Shown here: piece after piece, positions 45,071-55,488 of the stretch
How the letters are laid out: every line of letters starts with the position of its first letter
How positions within the stretch are numbered: the stretch's first letter is position 1
Virus record (IMG/VR): IMGVR_UViG_3300037427_004270
Direction: 5' to 3' (one strand)
Source: a virus
Length of the DNA: 64,000 bases
The notes under the pieces: model-generated
Seen by the model: the letters and a program-made list of their open reading frames with translations, nothing else
Database searches by the model: none
Told to the model about the DNA's origin: nothing
Position numbers and translations under genes: made by a program

Positions 45071-45903
45071 TTTCTCTCCTGTATAACTGAGGTTGTTAAG
45101 ACGCACACAACATGTGGCTCCTCGTAGTCTGTGGGGAACACATCATAACTACTTGACGCTTCTCCAGATAGTTTATTCACTTGTTCTCGTATCTTCTTCA
45201 ACAGTTCATTGTCTGTTCTTAGTTCCTCCTCCTTCATACCATAATAATACTTCTTATTTACTATTATGTTAAGATCAAAAAAAGCTTTTTCTAAAGAATC
45301 TTTGTAAGAGACAAGGCCAATGGTCTTGATCTTCTCGTGGTCTTTTGGGGTGTTATCTGTGCCGACAATAGACTCGGTTTTAGAAAAATAATTTATTAAA
45401 TTTACCGAAGATGCCACTGCAGATGCGATTGTATGATCATAATCAATTGGAGATATGTTTCCCAATGCCTCTTCCATCTTGACCTTGCTTATAAGAAAGA
45501 TATCCGCAAAAACACCGGAACGTGCATATTCCTGCAAGACATGAAAAACAACCCTCTCGTTGCGCTCTGCATCCCCGCCCATATGCTCATAATCGGGCTG
45601 AAGATAGAACACTGTGGTCTTTTTGTTGTCCATATCAGAGAGCACTTTCAAAGATGCTGCAGATATAAGTTCTGAGCCGTCTACAAAGAAGAAACTCTCT
45701 CCTCTGACTTGTTTAAAAAAGTAAGCAAGCGAGGGGCACTTCTCTTCGTACTTCTCTGCTGTCTTTTGCTTCGGAATTGACCGAGTGTTCTTAGACTTTG
45801 CTAGTTTCTCTCCTATTTTATAGGGCTTATAATTGCTATCTAGCTCACTAAGACTGTCAACAATAAGACAGCCTGTTTTTCCCAGTCCAACTACATTTAT
45901 CAT
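45067..45903 (-). CDS. Divergent tubulin/FtsZ-family protein
   Basis: INVVGLGKTGCLIVD N-terminal loop, FFFVDGS..ISAAS at the signature position, FYLQPD, IFLISK; ATGA coupling to polA. Confidence 0.6.
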   Translation of the reverse strand: MINVVGLGKTGCLIVDSLSELDSNYKPYKIGEKLAKSKNTRSIPKQKTAEKYEEKCPSLAYFFKQVRGESFFFVDGSELISAASLKVLSDMDNKKTTVFYLQPDYEHMGGDAERNERVVFHVLQEYARSGVFADIFLISKVKMEEALGNISPIDYDHTIASAVASSVNLINYFSKTESIVGTDNTPKDHEKIKTIGLVSYKDSLEKAFFDLNIIVNKKYYYGMKEEELRTDNELLKKIREQVNKLSGEASSSYDVFPTDYEEPHVVCVLTTSVIQERK

Positions 45904-47159
45904 ATTTGTATTTCCTTCATATCTCCGAAATTCTTTCCGGCCTTTACTTTGCAAGGGTACTCGCCAAGTTCCGTGTTGGAAAATGTATTTACAATATCAA
46001 TAAACAGGTCCATATCTTCCCTTGATAGATCTATAATGACAGAATCGTGCAAACACATCTTAACATAACTTTTTCTATTTGTCAACAACTTTTCTACTTT
46101 TAAAAGTTGCCTCATGACCATTTCTGCCGCAGTTCCCTGAATTATATGGTTTACTGCTCGAAAATCATCCGTCTGTATTCTTTTTCCGAAGTGAGTTTTT
46201 GCTATTTCGCTTTTTGGGTCGAAGAACTTTTCTTTCACGACGTTCACGTTGTACAGCTTTTCTAATTCGCCAATTTCGGAGTTCCTGTCGCCATACATGT
46301 AAGCAATAACAGATCTCTTTGCTCGTTGCCTGTCCACGTTTAAGAAAGTCGAGTTCCATTCGTGCAAATCTCCCTGGGGTTGTTCTTTTCCTGAAAGAGA
46401 TAAAAACACCCTAAGCTCGGCGGCGTTAAAATCAAGTTCGGCGATAAGATCGTTATCTGGTGTAATTAGGCTGCGAAAGTCTGCATCGAGCGTTAAAGCA
46501 GGAAAAGATCTCTTTTTATTGTTATATTGCGTCGCCAACTCAAAGAACTCATCAAACAAAGCCCCTTCGAGATCAGAAACACTATCTGTTGTTAGCCGAC
46601 CAGTTTTTGTTCTCAGAAAATTGTACTTTATCTTATTGGAGTACGTCTTGTGAAAAGTTTGCAAAAACTTTCGAACCTTTGGTGTGCTTGCCGATGAAAG
46701 AAGGTTTTTTGTATTGGTCTTTATTTCTTTAGAAGACAGATCATTAAAGAATTCCAGCATCCTGCATTGATGGTGAAAGTTCTCAAGCTTGTCGTATGTC
46801 TTGAATACATGCTCCACTATCTTGTTCTGAACGAGAAAATACTTCTTTATATCGGATAATGGAACCATGTCATAGAAACAGTGTTCTGAGAGGTTTATTT
46901 TTGCTGCATTAAAGCTTCTTCGGAATGCTAGGAGTCTCTCTCTTCTTTTAAGGAACTCTCCGCGCAAATGTTTGGGGCATGCCTCTTCCAGTGTTTTTCC
47001 GCCACATAAAACCTTAGCGTACTCATATGAGTCGCCCTTCACAGAGGAAGTGGGGGACCATGTTCTGAAGTATTCTTCTTTGAGCTCTTCTTGGTGAATT
47101 TCTCCGTCGTAGAAAAAGCCAAAACACTCTTCTCTGCTATCCAAAATTGAAAAATACAA
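45900..47159 (-). CDS. polA: Minimal family-A DNA polymerase (polymerase domain only)
   Basis: TKTGRLT, motif A ELDFNAAELR, motif B RQRAKRSVIAYMYG, NHIIQGTAAE, motif C HDSVIID; 419 aa, no exonuclease motifs seen. Confidence 0.85.
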   Translation of the reverse strand: MYFSILDSREECFGFFYDGEIHQEELKEEYFRTWSPTSSVKGDSYEYAKVLCGGKTLEEACPKHLRGEFLKRRERLLAFRRSFNAAKINLSEHCFYDMVPLSDIKKYFLVQNKIVEHVFKTYDKLENFHHQCRMLEFFNDLSSKEIKTNTKNLLSSASTPKVRKFLQTFHKTYSNKIKYNFLRTKTGRLTTDSVSDLEGALFDEFFELATQYNNKKRSFPALTLDADFRSLITPDNDLIAELDFNAAELRVFLSLSGKEQPQGDLHEWNSTFLNVDRQRAKRSVIAYMYGDRNSEIGELEKLYNVNVVKEKFFDPKSEIAKTHFGKRIQTDDFRAVNHIIQGTAAEMVMRQLLKVEKLLTNRKSYVKMCLHDSVIIDLSREDMDLFIDIVNTFSNTELGEYPCKVKAGKNFGDMKEIQI

Positions 47160-47160
47160 T

Positions 47161-48372
47161 CTACACCCTTAAAGATTTCATCAAAGAAGCAGGGATCACT
47201 TCTGCTTCATCAAGTACCTCATTAGTATAAACCAAAGCCTTCTGAATGTCAAGGTTTGCTTCCAAAGAAACTACACTTTTTATTAATGTGTCCATCTGCT
47301 CTTGGGTGAATGAGAGATTATTCTCGTTTATCTTTGTGAAAACATACAACTTTATCCAAAATGGGTATCCTCTCTCGTCTTCCGCAAAAAACAGGTCTGT
47401 CTTGCCTAGAGTGGCTACTTTCTGTCTTTCTCGAACTAAAGAAACTACTTTTTTATCACATATCTTCTTTTGAGTGTAGGTCGGATAGTCATTTACCAAT
47501 TTTGTATAAATATATGAATAGGCCTCGATAAGAGCGAGGAAATCAGACGTCTCTGTCCTGTTAAAATATGTGTTAAAAAAGCTGTCAATGTTTGGGACGT
47601 TTTCTTCTTTCATTTTGCTCATCATATGCTCCGACTTTAAATTGGCATACATTCTCCACGGAACATTCTTGTCAAGCATGAAGCCATACGCACTGCAGTG
47701 GCGAACAAATGAGGAGTAGTTTATGTCACTCAAGTACTTCCTTATCTTGATGTCGTCGTTCCCACAATCGTCTGAGGCCAGATCGATAACCAAGCCGCTA
47801 ACGTGGGGTGGGCAATTATTAGAGCGCACAAAAGAGGACAACAAGAAGGGAATTTGTCGAGAAATAGCCCCTTGAAAGGTGGCGAATTCTTTTATGAAAG
47901 TGGCCACATCTATTATTTTGTTTTTTATCTCGTGATGGGTAAAGTAATCAGACACAAATTTATCATATATCGTGTCCAAATATTTTCTATAGTGGGTCGC
48001 ATAGTCCTCCCACCCTCTTGTCGGTGTTATGTTGCGATATACACTAACTTGAGAGCCAGGTTTGCGTAAAAACTTAACTTCCATAGATTCAACCATCTCT
48101 TCAAACGCTTTTGCTACAATGTCAACCACCTCAACACCATTTTCAGAGTCTATCGTGGCTAAGACATTCAAAGTGTTTGCTGGAGACAAAATGCCCCCTG
48201 CTCTGTTGAAAAGTATGGTCTTTCCTGCTTGAGAAACCTTTCCATAGCTCGGCTTTTCAACGGAGTCAAAAAGCAAATCGGTCGAAGAGGTGTACTTTCC
48301 GGACATAAACTTATATTTATTCCTCTCGCTGAAGAGGTCTTTTGCATTCATTGTGTTTTTGCCCTTAGTCAT
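47161..48372 (-). CDS. Conserved hypothetical phage protein
   Basis: 403-aa ORF (SGLVIDLA...GFMLDKNVPWR) coupled to the baseplate-hub gene. Confidence 0.7.
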   Translation of the reverse strand: MTKGKNTMNAKDLFSERNKYKFMSGKYTSSTDLLFDSVEKPSYGKVSQAGKTILFNRAGGILSPANTLNVLATIDSENGVEVVDIVAKAFEEMVESMEVKFLRKPGSQVSVYRNITPTRGWEDYATHYRKYLDTIYDKFVSDYFTHHEIKNKIIDVATFIKEFATFQGAISRQIPFLLSSFVRSNNCPPHVSGLVIDLASDDCGNDDIKIRKYLSDINYSSFVRHCSAYGFMLDKNVPWRMYANLKSEHMMSKMKEENVPNIDSFFNTYFNRTETSDFLALIEAYSYIYTKLVNDYPTYTQKKICDKKVVSLVRERQKVATLGKTDLFFAEDERGYPFWIKLYVFTKINENNLSFTQEQMDTLIKSVVSLEANLDIQKALVYTNEVLDEAEVIPASLMKSLRV

Positions 48373-51300
48373 TCTTTTTCAGCCTGCCCTTTCCATATCG
48401 CTTTTCCACTATACCACCAATGCCTGTGCGGTCGCCAACACCCCTAGTGCTCGGATCGTCCTTGATGCTTGTTTCTAGTAGGCCTCTTAACCCTATTTCG
48501 AGCACATCGCTCGGTATGGCCTGCACCTTTGCTGCGTCTTCCGCCTTGTCTATGGTCATGCTACCGGGGCCTAGACCATATGATTGAAATTTGCAGCCCA
48601 ATTGGGTTTCATATTTTCCAGAAGCATCAATACTATTCAGAATCTCAACAACACGGTAGTATCCGCCGAGGCCAATTCGAGCGGCGGCTGAATTGCTTTT
48701 ACCGAGAGATCCGACGCCGGCCATGCTGGGGTTGATAAAAAGCATCTGACCTCTGCTAAAGAATGGGTTCCCCACCATGTTAATAGTCGCATTATATGGC
48801 TTCCTGAGATAGACTGCTGCTGGTGAGGTGCTCTCTTCTGCTGCGGCCATGGCGTTTAGTACATTTGATTCTAGTTGCCCTGGAACATCTGCTTGTTCAA
48901 ACTCTATACTTTTTATTATTCCGGAATCTTGACCAACGAAAAAGTGAGGTATGCCTTTGGCCATATCGCTAGTGTAATTATAGAGCCTATTTTCTGGAAA
49001 ACGACACCTGGATGTTATCAGGTGATAGTTGGTCATCTTTCTTCCTACAATTTGAGTGTCGTAAGCTACGTTTTTTGGCATCTTGTCCTTTATAAGTTCT
49101 GATGTGTCGTCATCGACCAATATTCTCGAACTCCAAGTTGGGTGCTTTTCGGGGCCGTAAAGCTCGTGTCTGCCATTCATCAAGCCAAAGATGTCGGCGT
49201 CAGGATATCTTGAGGAGCGTTGCTTGTCATCAAGTAACATGAAAGTGTCCATCTCTGTTCCGAAATTTGCCCTGGGGAGTATCTGCCTGTATTCCCCAAC
49301 CTGAGAGTACGCATCATCAAGCATGCTCGAAAGCAAGCTGGAAACGAACTTGTCGAATGTCATAAATGGGTTTTTATTTTCTGTTATGTTTTTTTGTACC
49401 CACAAAAGTAAGTTATCAAAAGAAATTGGAAGGTCTGCCAGATTGTATATTCTGTCTTCCCTGTTTTTTCTCTTCTCTTGTTCAAAGATAGAGTTCTCTC
49501 CATCGGTCTTTTTCAAGACCACGTTCAAATCTGCATCTCGACTCGAATACTGTATGGTAAAGTCTGCTGTATCACCGATGACCCCCTTTGCCTCGTTTAC
49601 CACAACTGGACCCATGATAAACTTGTGCTCTCGCAAGGCCGCATCGTTCCCGTATGCTGTCATTAAAAAGGCGTCGAAGATGTCCCCAACAGTGACATAT
49701 CTGATATTGAGGTACTGTCCATCCTCTCTTCTTTCTGATCTAGTTTTTGAAATGTGAGCGAACAAGTCTGCAACAAAACCATCGATATCTTCAAGGCCGC
49801 TCGTCTTTGTAACTCCTCCGGCGACATTGACGCCTTGAATCTTCTCTAGCTTAGTATCTGAAAACTTACCGTCGATCTCGTCGAGATCTCTCATCTTTTC
49901 TATAAAGTTAGTAGTTGAGCGATATACAGCATCGCTGTGCTGTTGTATAAGCTCTATATCACCGTATGTATCTGCTCCCTCGATGGCATCCATGACCGGA
50001 TCATTATCGCCGATATAAACGGAAATCCAGTCGGCCATGTCTATCCTCCCGGTAGAGTCATCAGGAAAAGTGTTCTGGTATAAAGTTCCTGCCTCGTCAA
50101 CATCCACACGGTAATGTGGCAGTTCAGCGCCTTTGGGTTGTATTTTCCATACCTGTATAAAAGCTGTGTCAATTGTGTCGTCTTCGCCTGGCGTAAAGGT
50201 CACTATCGGCACGTTGGTTGACAACATAAGCATGTCTTTCAGGCGGCCAGTGGCGTCAACTTCGGGACTGGTCGTTTGGGCGATGCCTCTGCCAACGGTA
50301 CCGATAGCCTCCGAATACCTGTCATCAATACCGGGCTTGTGTCCAGCGACAACATATTGTTCGTAGTTATAGTCAGAAGCACTGAAGGCCCCGTGATCCA
50401 TGTATACAGCTCTGGCGCTTTTTTTTGGCACCCTTCTGGTCTTCACGATCTTTTGTTGGGAGAGAACATCTTGTTTTTGCACTTGGAATAATTTTATTCT
50501 GTTTAGAGACAGTAAGTTGTTAACAATCCACTTGCAGTTCATTGCTGACTCTGCTTCTCTCGCTCTGGCGTCGATATCAGTGCGATGCTCTTGTTCGTAC
50601 TTGGAGTAGATCTTTTTCATCTTCTCGTATGCTAACTTTGCTTCTTCGTTGTTAGCTAAAAGGTCAGAAGTAATGTTTCCAACGGCTGCCTCCAACATTC
50701 CTCCGGTGGCGCTGTTTTTTTCTCTAAGTTTTCTATGCTCTTCGTCAAAAGTTCTCTTATATCTCAAGAAAGCTTCTGCTTGTTTTTTGACTGCCTTATC
50801 TTCGCTCTTGCTAGCTTCGAATATTGCCTTCTCTACAACATTGGCTCTAATTTGGTCCCTAAACATGCCACTTTTTAAATTAGAGAACAGAGGATTTTGA
50901 GCAGCTGCGGCAAGGCTCGCTATGTAGCTCAATGTGAGAGAGATAGAGCCATCCTGGTTGAAGTTGATGTCGTGGTTTATGAGTGAAAGCTCAAAACGAA
51001 CACAAGTCCTCTTTATTTCTTCCAGCACCTCAGTGCCGATGGATTGATATATCTCATTGTTGGCCATGGCTCCCTCTGCAACATTCCAACCTACCTCTAC
51101 TAAAATTTTGTATTGGTTTTCGTCAACTTCTTCGCCTCTTCCTCTTTCCGGAGCAAAGAGTTCTTGAGCAGAGTACTTTCTTCCAACCTCATCGGTTCTT
51201 GTCACGAACAATTCATTTATGTTTTCCATTCGAAGTGTCAGGTCTGCAGCATAGGTTTGCAGTCTTTTGTCCGGGGTGTCTGTGATATCTCCGCTCAGTT

Positions 51301-51745
51301 TCCACTCGAACCTCTGGATGCCTATACCCGAGCCATTGAATGCCTCGCCATTCATTATTTTTCTCGGATCGTACCTGTTTGCTCCCGCCGTTGCTGGGTC
51401 GTCTTGACCTGAGCCCACAAAGCTGTCAAATGAAATTTCAGTGTACTCTCCGGACTTTAAGGTCTTCTTATAAAATCGCAGCTTAGGGGTAAACATAGCT
51501 AACTGATATGGTCGCAGATTAAGTATGGTGGAAAAGTTGTTTGAAAACATTTGATTGTGTAAAAAAACGGGGTCTTCGGTGGTCACGCAGGAAAAATGTT
51601 TATAACCTCTGCGGGTTGGGCGATGCAAAAGAGCCTCTTTAATAACTTCTTGCAAGTTAAGGAGCAAGACAGCCTGTTCTTTGGCGACCTCGGGCCTAAC
51701 TTTGTCCAATTCCTCTTGAGAAATTTGTTTTGGTGCATTTGTCAT
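48365..51745 (-). CDS. Baseplate hub / tail protein (gp27-like)
   Basis: 1126 aa; C-terminal GIPHFFVGQDSGIIKSIEF...ATINMVGNPFFSRGQMLFI...GLGGYYRV pattern; follows the LysM baseplate gene. Confidence 0.6.
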   Translation of the reverse strand: MTNAPKQISQEELDKVRPEVAKEQAVLLLNLQEVIKEALLHRPTRRGYKHFSCVTTEDPVFLHNQMFSNNFSTILNLRPYQLAMFTPKLRFYKKTLKSGEYTEISFDSFVGSGQDDPATAGANRYDPRKIMNGEAFNGSGIGIQRFEWKLSGDITDTPDKRLQTYAADLTLRMENINELFVTRTDEVGRKYSAQELFAPERGRGEEVDENQYKILVEVGWNVAEGAMANNEIYQSIGTEVLEEIKRTCVRFELSLINHDINFNQDGSISLTLSYIASLAAAAQNPLFSNLKSGMFRDQIRANVVEKAIFEASKSEDKAVKKQAEAFLRYKRTFDEEHRKLREKNSATGGMLEAAVGNITSDLLANNEEAKLAYEKMKKIYSKYEQEHRTDIDARAREAESAMNCKWIVNNLLSLNRIKLFQVQKQDVLSQQKIVKTRRVPKKSARAVYMDHGAFSASDYNYEQYVVAGHKPGIDDRYSEAIGTVGRGIAQTTSPEVDATGRLKDMLMLSTNVPIVTFTPGEDDTIDTAFIQVWKIQPKGAELPHYRVDVDEAGTLYQNTFPDDSTGRIDMADWISVYIGDNDPVMDAIEGADTYGDIELIQQHSDAVYRSTTNFIEKMRDLDEIDGKFSDTKLEKIQGVNVAGGVTKTSGLEDIDGFVADLFAHISKTRSERREDGQYLNIRYVTVGDIFDAFLMTAYGNDAALREHKFIMGPVVVNEAKGVIGDTADFTIQYSSRDADLNVVLKKTDGENSIFEQEKRKNREDRIYNLADLPISFDNLLLWVQKNITENKNPFMTFDKFVSSLLSSMLDDAYSQVGEYRQILPRANFGTEMDTFMLLDDKQRSSRYPDADIFGLMNGRHELYGPEKHPTWSSRILVDDDTSELIKDKMPKNVAYDTQIVGRKMTNYHLITSRCRFPENRLYNYTSDMAKGIPHFFVGQDSGIIKSIEFEQADVPGQLESNVLNAMAAAEESTSPAAVYLRKPYNATINMVGNPFFSRGQMLFINPSMAGVGSLGKSNSAAARIGLGGYYRVVEILNSIDASGKYETQLGCKFQSYGLGPGSMTIDKAEDAAKVQAIPSDVLEIGLRGLLETSIKDDPSTRGVGDRTGIGGIVEKRYGKGRLKKND

Positions 51746-51746
51746 C

Positions 51747-52088
51747 TTAGATATCCAATACCGCTAACAATCTAGACACAGGGCCTGGGATGTATATCTC
51801 ATCTCCTGCACTTGGGTGATGATCTGTCGGCTTTTGGTTAAACCACGCTATCACCCACCATAACCTAGAGTCACCATAATACTTGTGAGCCAATTTGTAA
51901 AACTTATCGCCGGTGCTCCAGTAATGTAGAGTAAAGTCTAAGTTCTCCATCATCTCGTCAGTCACTGGCTCTATCTTTGGTGAAGAGAAATGAGTAATCG
52001 CTCTATCTAAGTTCCTGGCCTCTCTTGGCTTTTTATAAAGACTTAGAGTATTGTTTAAAATTGCTTTGTTAAAGTTTCTCCGCGACAT
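51747..52088 (-). CDS. LysM/tail-X-like baseplate wedge protein
   Basis: HYWSTGDKFYKLAHKYYGDSRLWWVIAWFN...GDEIYIP. Confidence 0.8.
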   Translation of the reverse strand: MSRRNFNKAILNNTLSLYKKPREARNLDRAITHFSSPKIEPVTDEMMENLDFTLHYWSTGDKFYKLAHKYYGDSRLWWVIAWFNQKPTDHHPSAGDEIYIPGPVSRLLAVLDI

Positions 52089-52097
52089 AACTTACTC

Positions 52098-52829
52098 CTA
52101 ATCAAATATTGGCTTCTTGTAGGGAAAAGCTTTTACTTGTGGTTTCTTTTCCGTTGTCCACCCCAGCTCGTGAGTGTGCAAGACAGTGAACTCACACTGA
52201 AGCTTTATTGTTTGCGGGAACAAATGATTTGTTCCTGACTTCTCAATGACGCCCTCTTCGAGTTCTGGTGTGTATGTGAAGCCGCTTATAACCCCCAAAA
52301 GGCCACTATCCTTAGCTGTTCCGATCTCTTTCCCTTCCTTGCTCGAATCTGTTATCAAGTTCATCATCTTCAACTTAAATATCGGTGGTGCAACAAGAGT
52401 GTTGGCAGATATGCTAGAGTTTCCTGGATCTACCTCTTCATAAACCGGATATAGCATCGACATTAAACGTGAACACTTCTGCAAGTTTCTTTCTGCATCT
52501 GCTTCGCCAAAAGATGGAACTGTCCACCCAAGGCTCATGATCCTTTGTGTACCTTGGAAGTTGACCAAGGGGTCCATCCTGCCAAAAACAGGTGTCCTTT
52601 CCCATTCTGACATATACTGATCTTCAAACATTGTTAAAAATGCCTTGAAATAAACAGACTTACCACTTGGCACATGAAAAATTTCAATGTACTGCTTTTT
52701 ATTTTGCGCTATTATGTCGGTTGGGTCCTGTCTGGTGCCCAAATGCTTAAAGGCCTCTTTGTGGGCCTCCTTTGGTGCCTTCTTGTCGTCTGACGTCTTG
52801 CTTGTTTTTCTATTTAAGTTCTTTACCAT
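52098..52829 (-). CDS. Tail tube initiator / baseplate tube-like protein
   Basis: FEDQYMSEW...VFGRMDPL..FQGTQR.MSLGW...PIFKL...GVISGFTYT; follows tape measure. Confidence 0.65.
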   Translation of the reverse strand: MVKNLNRKTSKTSDDKKAPKEAHKEAFKHLGTRQDPTDIIAQNKKQYIEIFHVPSGKSVYFKAFLTMFEDQYMSEWERTPVFGRMDPLVNFQGTQRIMSLGWTVPSFGEADAERNLQKCSRLMSMLYPVYEEVDPGNSSISANTLVAPPIFKLKMMNLITDSSKEGKEIGTAKDSGLLGVISGFTYTPELEEGVIEKSGTNHLFPQTIKLQCEFTVLHTHELGWTTEKKPQVKAFPYKKPIFD

Positions 52830-52837
52830 ATTTCCCC

Positions 52838-55132
52838 CTAAGTAAAGCTAATCTTTGGGCCGTTTGCGCCAGCAGAGCCGGGCTTTAATGCGCTATTCAC
52901 AACGCTTCTAATACCTGCCGTCAACTTACCTGTATCATTCATCTCCAAGTTGCCGCCGACATCAAGCTTCAAGTTTATATTTTGTTGGGACATGGCCTGA
53001 TTAGCTGCTACAGTATCCGCAACCAAGCCAGCAAAGTTTGTCGCTGCTGGAGTTGTTTGTATTGGAACCATAGCCTCGCCTGATTGGGCTGTAATGTTAA
53101 CATCTTTACCTGTTCCATGCTTATGGCCAATGCCGCCGCCTTCGTGGAAAACAGCATCGGCGGCCATGCCGCCAAGTATAGAGCCAAGAAGAGCTCCACC
53201 AGGGACGGGGATCAAGGCACCGAGGGCACCGCCAAGAGCTGTGCCCAAAAAGACTCCCCAGTCTTTCGCTTCCGGTGTTTCGCCAGCTGCAAAGCTTGAC
53301 AACAAACCCAGGCCGCCCATCAACAAGCCGCCGAGTCCACCTCGGCCCATCTTGCCTAATTTGCCCATGCCTTTGCCGCCCTTTACGCCTCCGATGTCGC
53401 CACCAGACTTATCAGCAGCATTTAGCTGCGTGGCAGATTTAGCAGCTTGCAAAGTACTGGATGCCAGCGCCTTCATGCTGCCTGCTAATTTTGCAACTCC
53501 CATCGAGATAAGTCCGAGTGGCAGAACCATGCCCATCATTACCTTTCCGAATGTACCAGTTCCGTTTATTACCCAAGACACACCTTGTATAAGTTTGTTG
53601 AACATATCCATCACTGGGCCGAAAGCCACACCGAAGGACTTACCAAGCTCAGTTAAGCTGGACATTAGTGTTTGTGATTTATCTAACAACTCTTGGAACT
53701 GCTCTTGAGTTACTCCGTTTGGATCTCCGCCGTCAGGGAAAATACCTCCCTTGAAGGCTTTTTGAATCGTATCCACGTCTGTGCCGAGTATGTTTGCGAG
53801 ACTGTTCAGTTCGGTGAAGTTCATGTTGGTAACATCTTTTCCAGTGGCCTGCAACTGTCCCCTCAGCATATTCAGGGCACCGTTCATATCTCCTGTGGCT
53901 GCTCTCTTAAAGAGCTCCATTCCGTCAACACTGGTTCCGAACATTGCGTTAAGTTGTCCCGCTGCAGTAACCGAATCATTAAAGCTTCCCGCAAAACGCA
54001 GGCCAATGTTAGCTAACTCGTCAATGGAAGCACCTGTCGCTTTTGCTTGGCGCTCAAGGTTTGCGAAAATCTTTACGCTATCCCTACCAAAAGCCTGAAG
54101 CTTTGGCATCAACCTTCCTAAGTCTTGGCCGATCTCATCAATAGATGCGCCTGTCTCCATAGAGAGGCCGGCAATATCCATCGTAAGTTGAGCTGCTTCT
54201 TGTGATGTCATCTCAAATGCTGAAATGAAAGTGTTCATTGTGGCCGAGGCTACATCTACAGAGAGGCCCAGTTCGTTAAGTAGGCCAATGTTCTGAGCTA
54301 GGTTTGAAGATAGCAGTTCTCCTGCATCTTGTCCTGCTAACGCGCCAATGTTTGTCTTTAGCTCTTTCGCAGCGGAACCAAGGCTTTCCATGCCAACAAA
54401 AGTACCAATAGAGGAGTTATAGATATTATTTAATTGACTATTGAACTCTCCACCTGCAGAAGCAGCAAGATTAAACTGGGCTTTCATTGAGTCCAAGGCC
54501 AGCGACAAAGCTATAGATACTTCTGCGAACTTTTGAAACAATGACAAACCGACGGACAGTGGGTTCATCATCTCTTTGAAGCCGCCGGCCATGCCTGACA
54601 AGAAACTCTCTGTTCCTTCTTGGGTTGAAAAGACTTTTGCCATTCTTCCGACTACTGTGTTGTTGATATCTCTTTCTATACCGAGAATGCCAGACATAGT
54701 GTCAAGAGTGCTTTCTGCTGCCGCTTTTCCGTCCTCTCTCTGATCTCTCGTGTTTTTCTGTGAGGATAAAACAGCTGCTGATGCTTTGGCTTTTCCTGCT
54801 ATCAGATCTCTTTGTTTTCTAAGGTCTGCTATCTCTTCCTTACTTAGCTTTGACATAACCTCTCGGCTAGCCAACTGAGCGTCAAAAGCCTGAAGCTTTA
54901 ACTGTTCTTCTTGCAGTATCTTTTCGTTGTCCTGAAGTTGTTGGTCTGATATCTCTGCCTTTAGTTGTTGTACTTTTAGTTCGGCTTGAGAACGTTCGTA
55001 TGCCGTTGCCGCAGTATCGGCTATATCCTTTTGAATCTGTAGCTGTGCCTGCAATTGTGCTGTGTTTTGCTTATTGAGCTCAAATGCTTCTGCTATTTGT
55101 TCTTTTGTGGGTGGTGTGTTCTCTTCTGCCAA
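52838..55132 (-). CDS. Tail tape measure protein
   Basis: 764 aa, N-terminal coiled coil, Ala/Gly/Ser-rich helical repeats, Gly-rich hydrophobic C-terminal region; canonical position. Confidence 0.8.
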   Translation of the reverse strand: MAEENTPPTKEQIAEAFELNKQNTAQLQAQLQIQKDIADTAATAYERSQAELKVQQLKAEISDQQLQDNEKILQEEQLKLQAFDAQLASREVMSKLSKEEIADLRKQRDLIAGKAKASAAVLSSQKNTRDQREDGKAAAESTLDTMSGILGIERDINNTVVGRMAKVFSTQEGTESFLSGMAGGFKEMMNPLSVGLSLFQKFAEVSIALSLALDSMKAQFNLAASAGGEFNSQLNNIYNSSIGTFVGMESLGSAAKELKTNIGALAGQDAGELLSSNLAQNIGLLNELGLSVDVASATMNTFISAFEMTSQEAAQLTMDIAGLSMETGASIDEIGQDLGRLMPKLQAFGRDSVKIFANLERQAKATGASIDELANIGLRFAGSFNDSVTAAGQLNAMFGTSVDGMELFKRAATGDMNGALNMLRGQLQATGKDVTNMNFTELNSLANILGTDVDTIQKAFKGGIFPDGGDPNGVTQEQFQELLDKSQTLMSSLTELGKSFGVAFGPVMDMFNKLIQGVSWVINGTGTFGKVMMGMVLPLGLISMGVAKLAGSMKALASSTLQAAKSATQLNAADKSGGDIGGVKGGKGMGKLGKMGRGGLGGLLMGGLGLLSSFAAGETPEAKDWGVFLGTALGGALGALIPVPGGALLGSILGGMAADAVFHEGGGIGHKHGTGKDVNITAQSGEAMVPIQTTPAATNFAGLVADTVAANQAMSQQNINLKLDVGGNLEMNDTGKLTAGIRSVVNSALKPGSAGANGPKISFT

Positions 55133-55144
55133 TTCTTATAGCTC

Positions 55145-55468
55145 CTATTTGAAAGGCCAAGTAATGCCAGTAGAGCGTTCGAATTTATCTATGGCAGATT
55201 TAAGCTTGAACTTACTTCGATATGTTTGAGGGTTATCGAGGCCATATTTCTTATAATTTTGAAGATATCTCTTCTCTCTTCCCAAAACTCTTGAGAAGTC
55301 CTTTATTTGACTTTTCGTTCCCTTGATGGTCATTGGAACCCTTGGTCCACCGAACATATAGTTCATGATACTCTTGATACCGAAGCCAAATGATTTCAAC
55401 CAACTCTCGTTCATATCATCAGTTTTAGTTAAGTCAATTTCAATAGTTGTTAATTCTTCATTTTCCAT
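55145..55468 (-). CDS. Conserved hypothetical (late) protein
   Basis: 107-aa ORF with GAGG RBS and upstream late motif. Confidence 0.7.
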   Translation of the reverse strand: MENEELTTIEIDLTKTDDMNESWLKSFGFGIKSIMNYMFGGPRVPMTIKGTKSQIKDFSRVLGREKRYLQNYKKYGLDNPQTYRSKFKLKSAIDKFERSTGITWPFK

Positions 55469-55488
55469 AGCAAAACCCTCGTTCTAAG

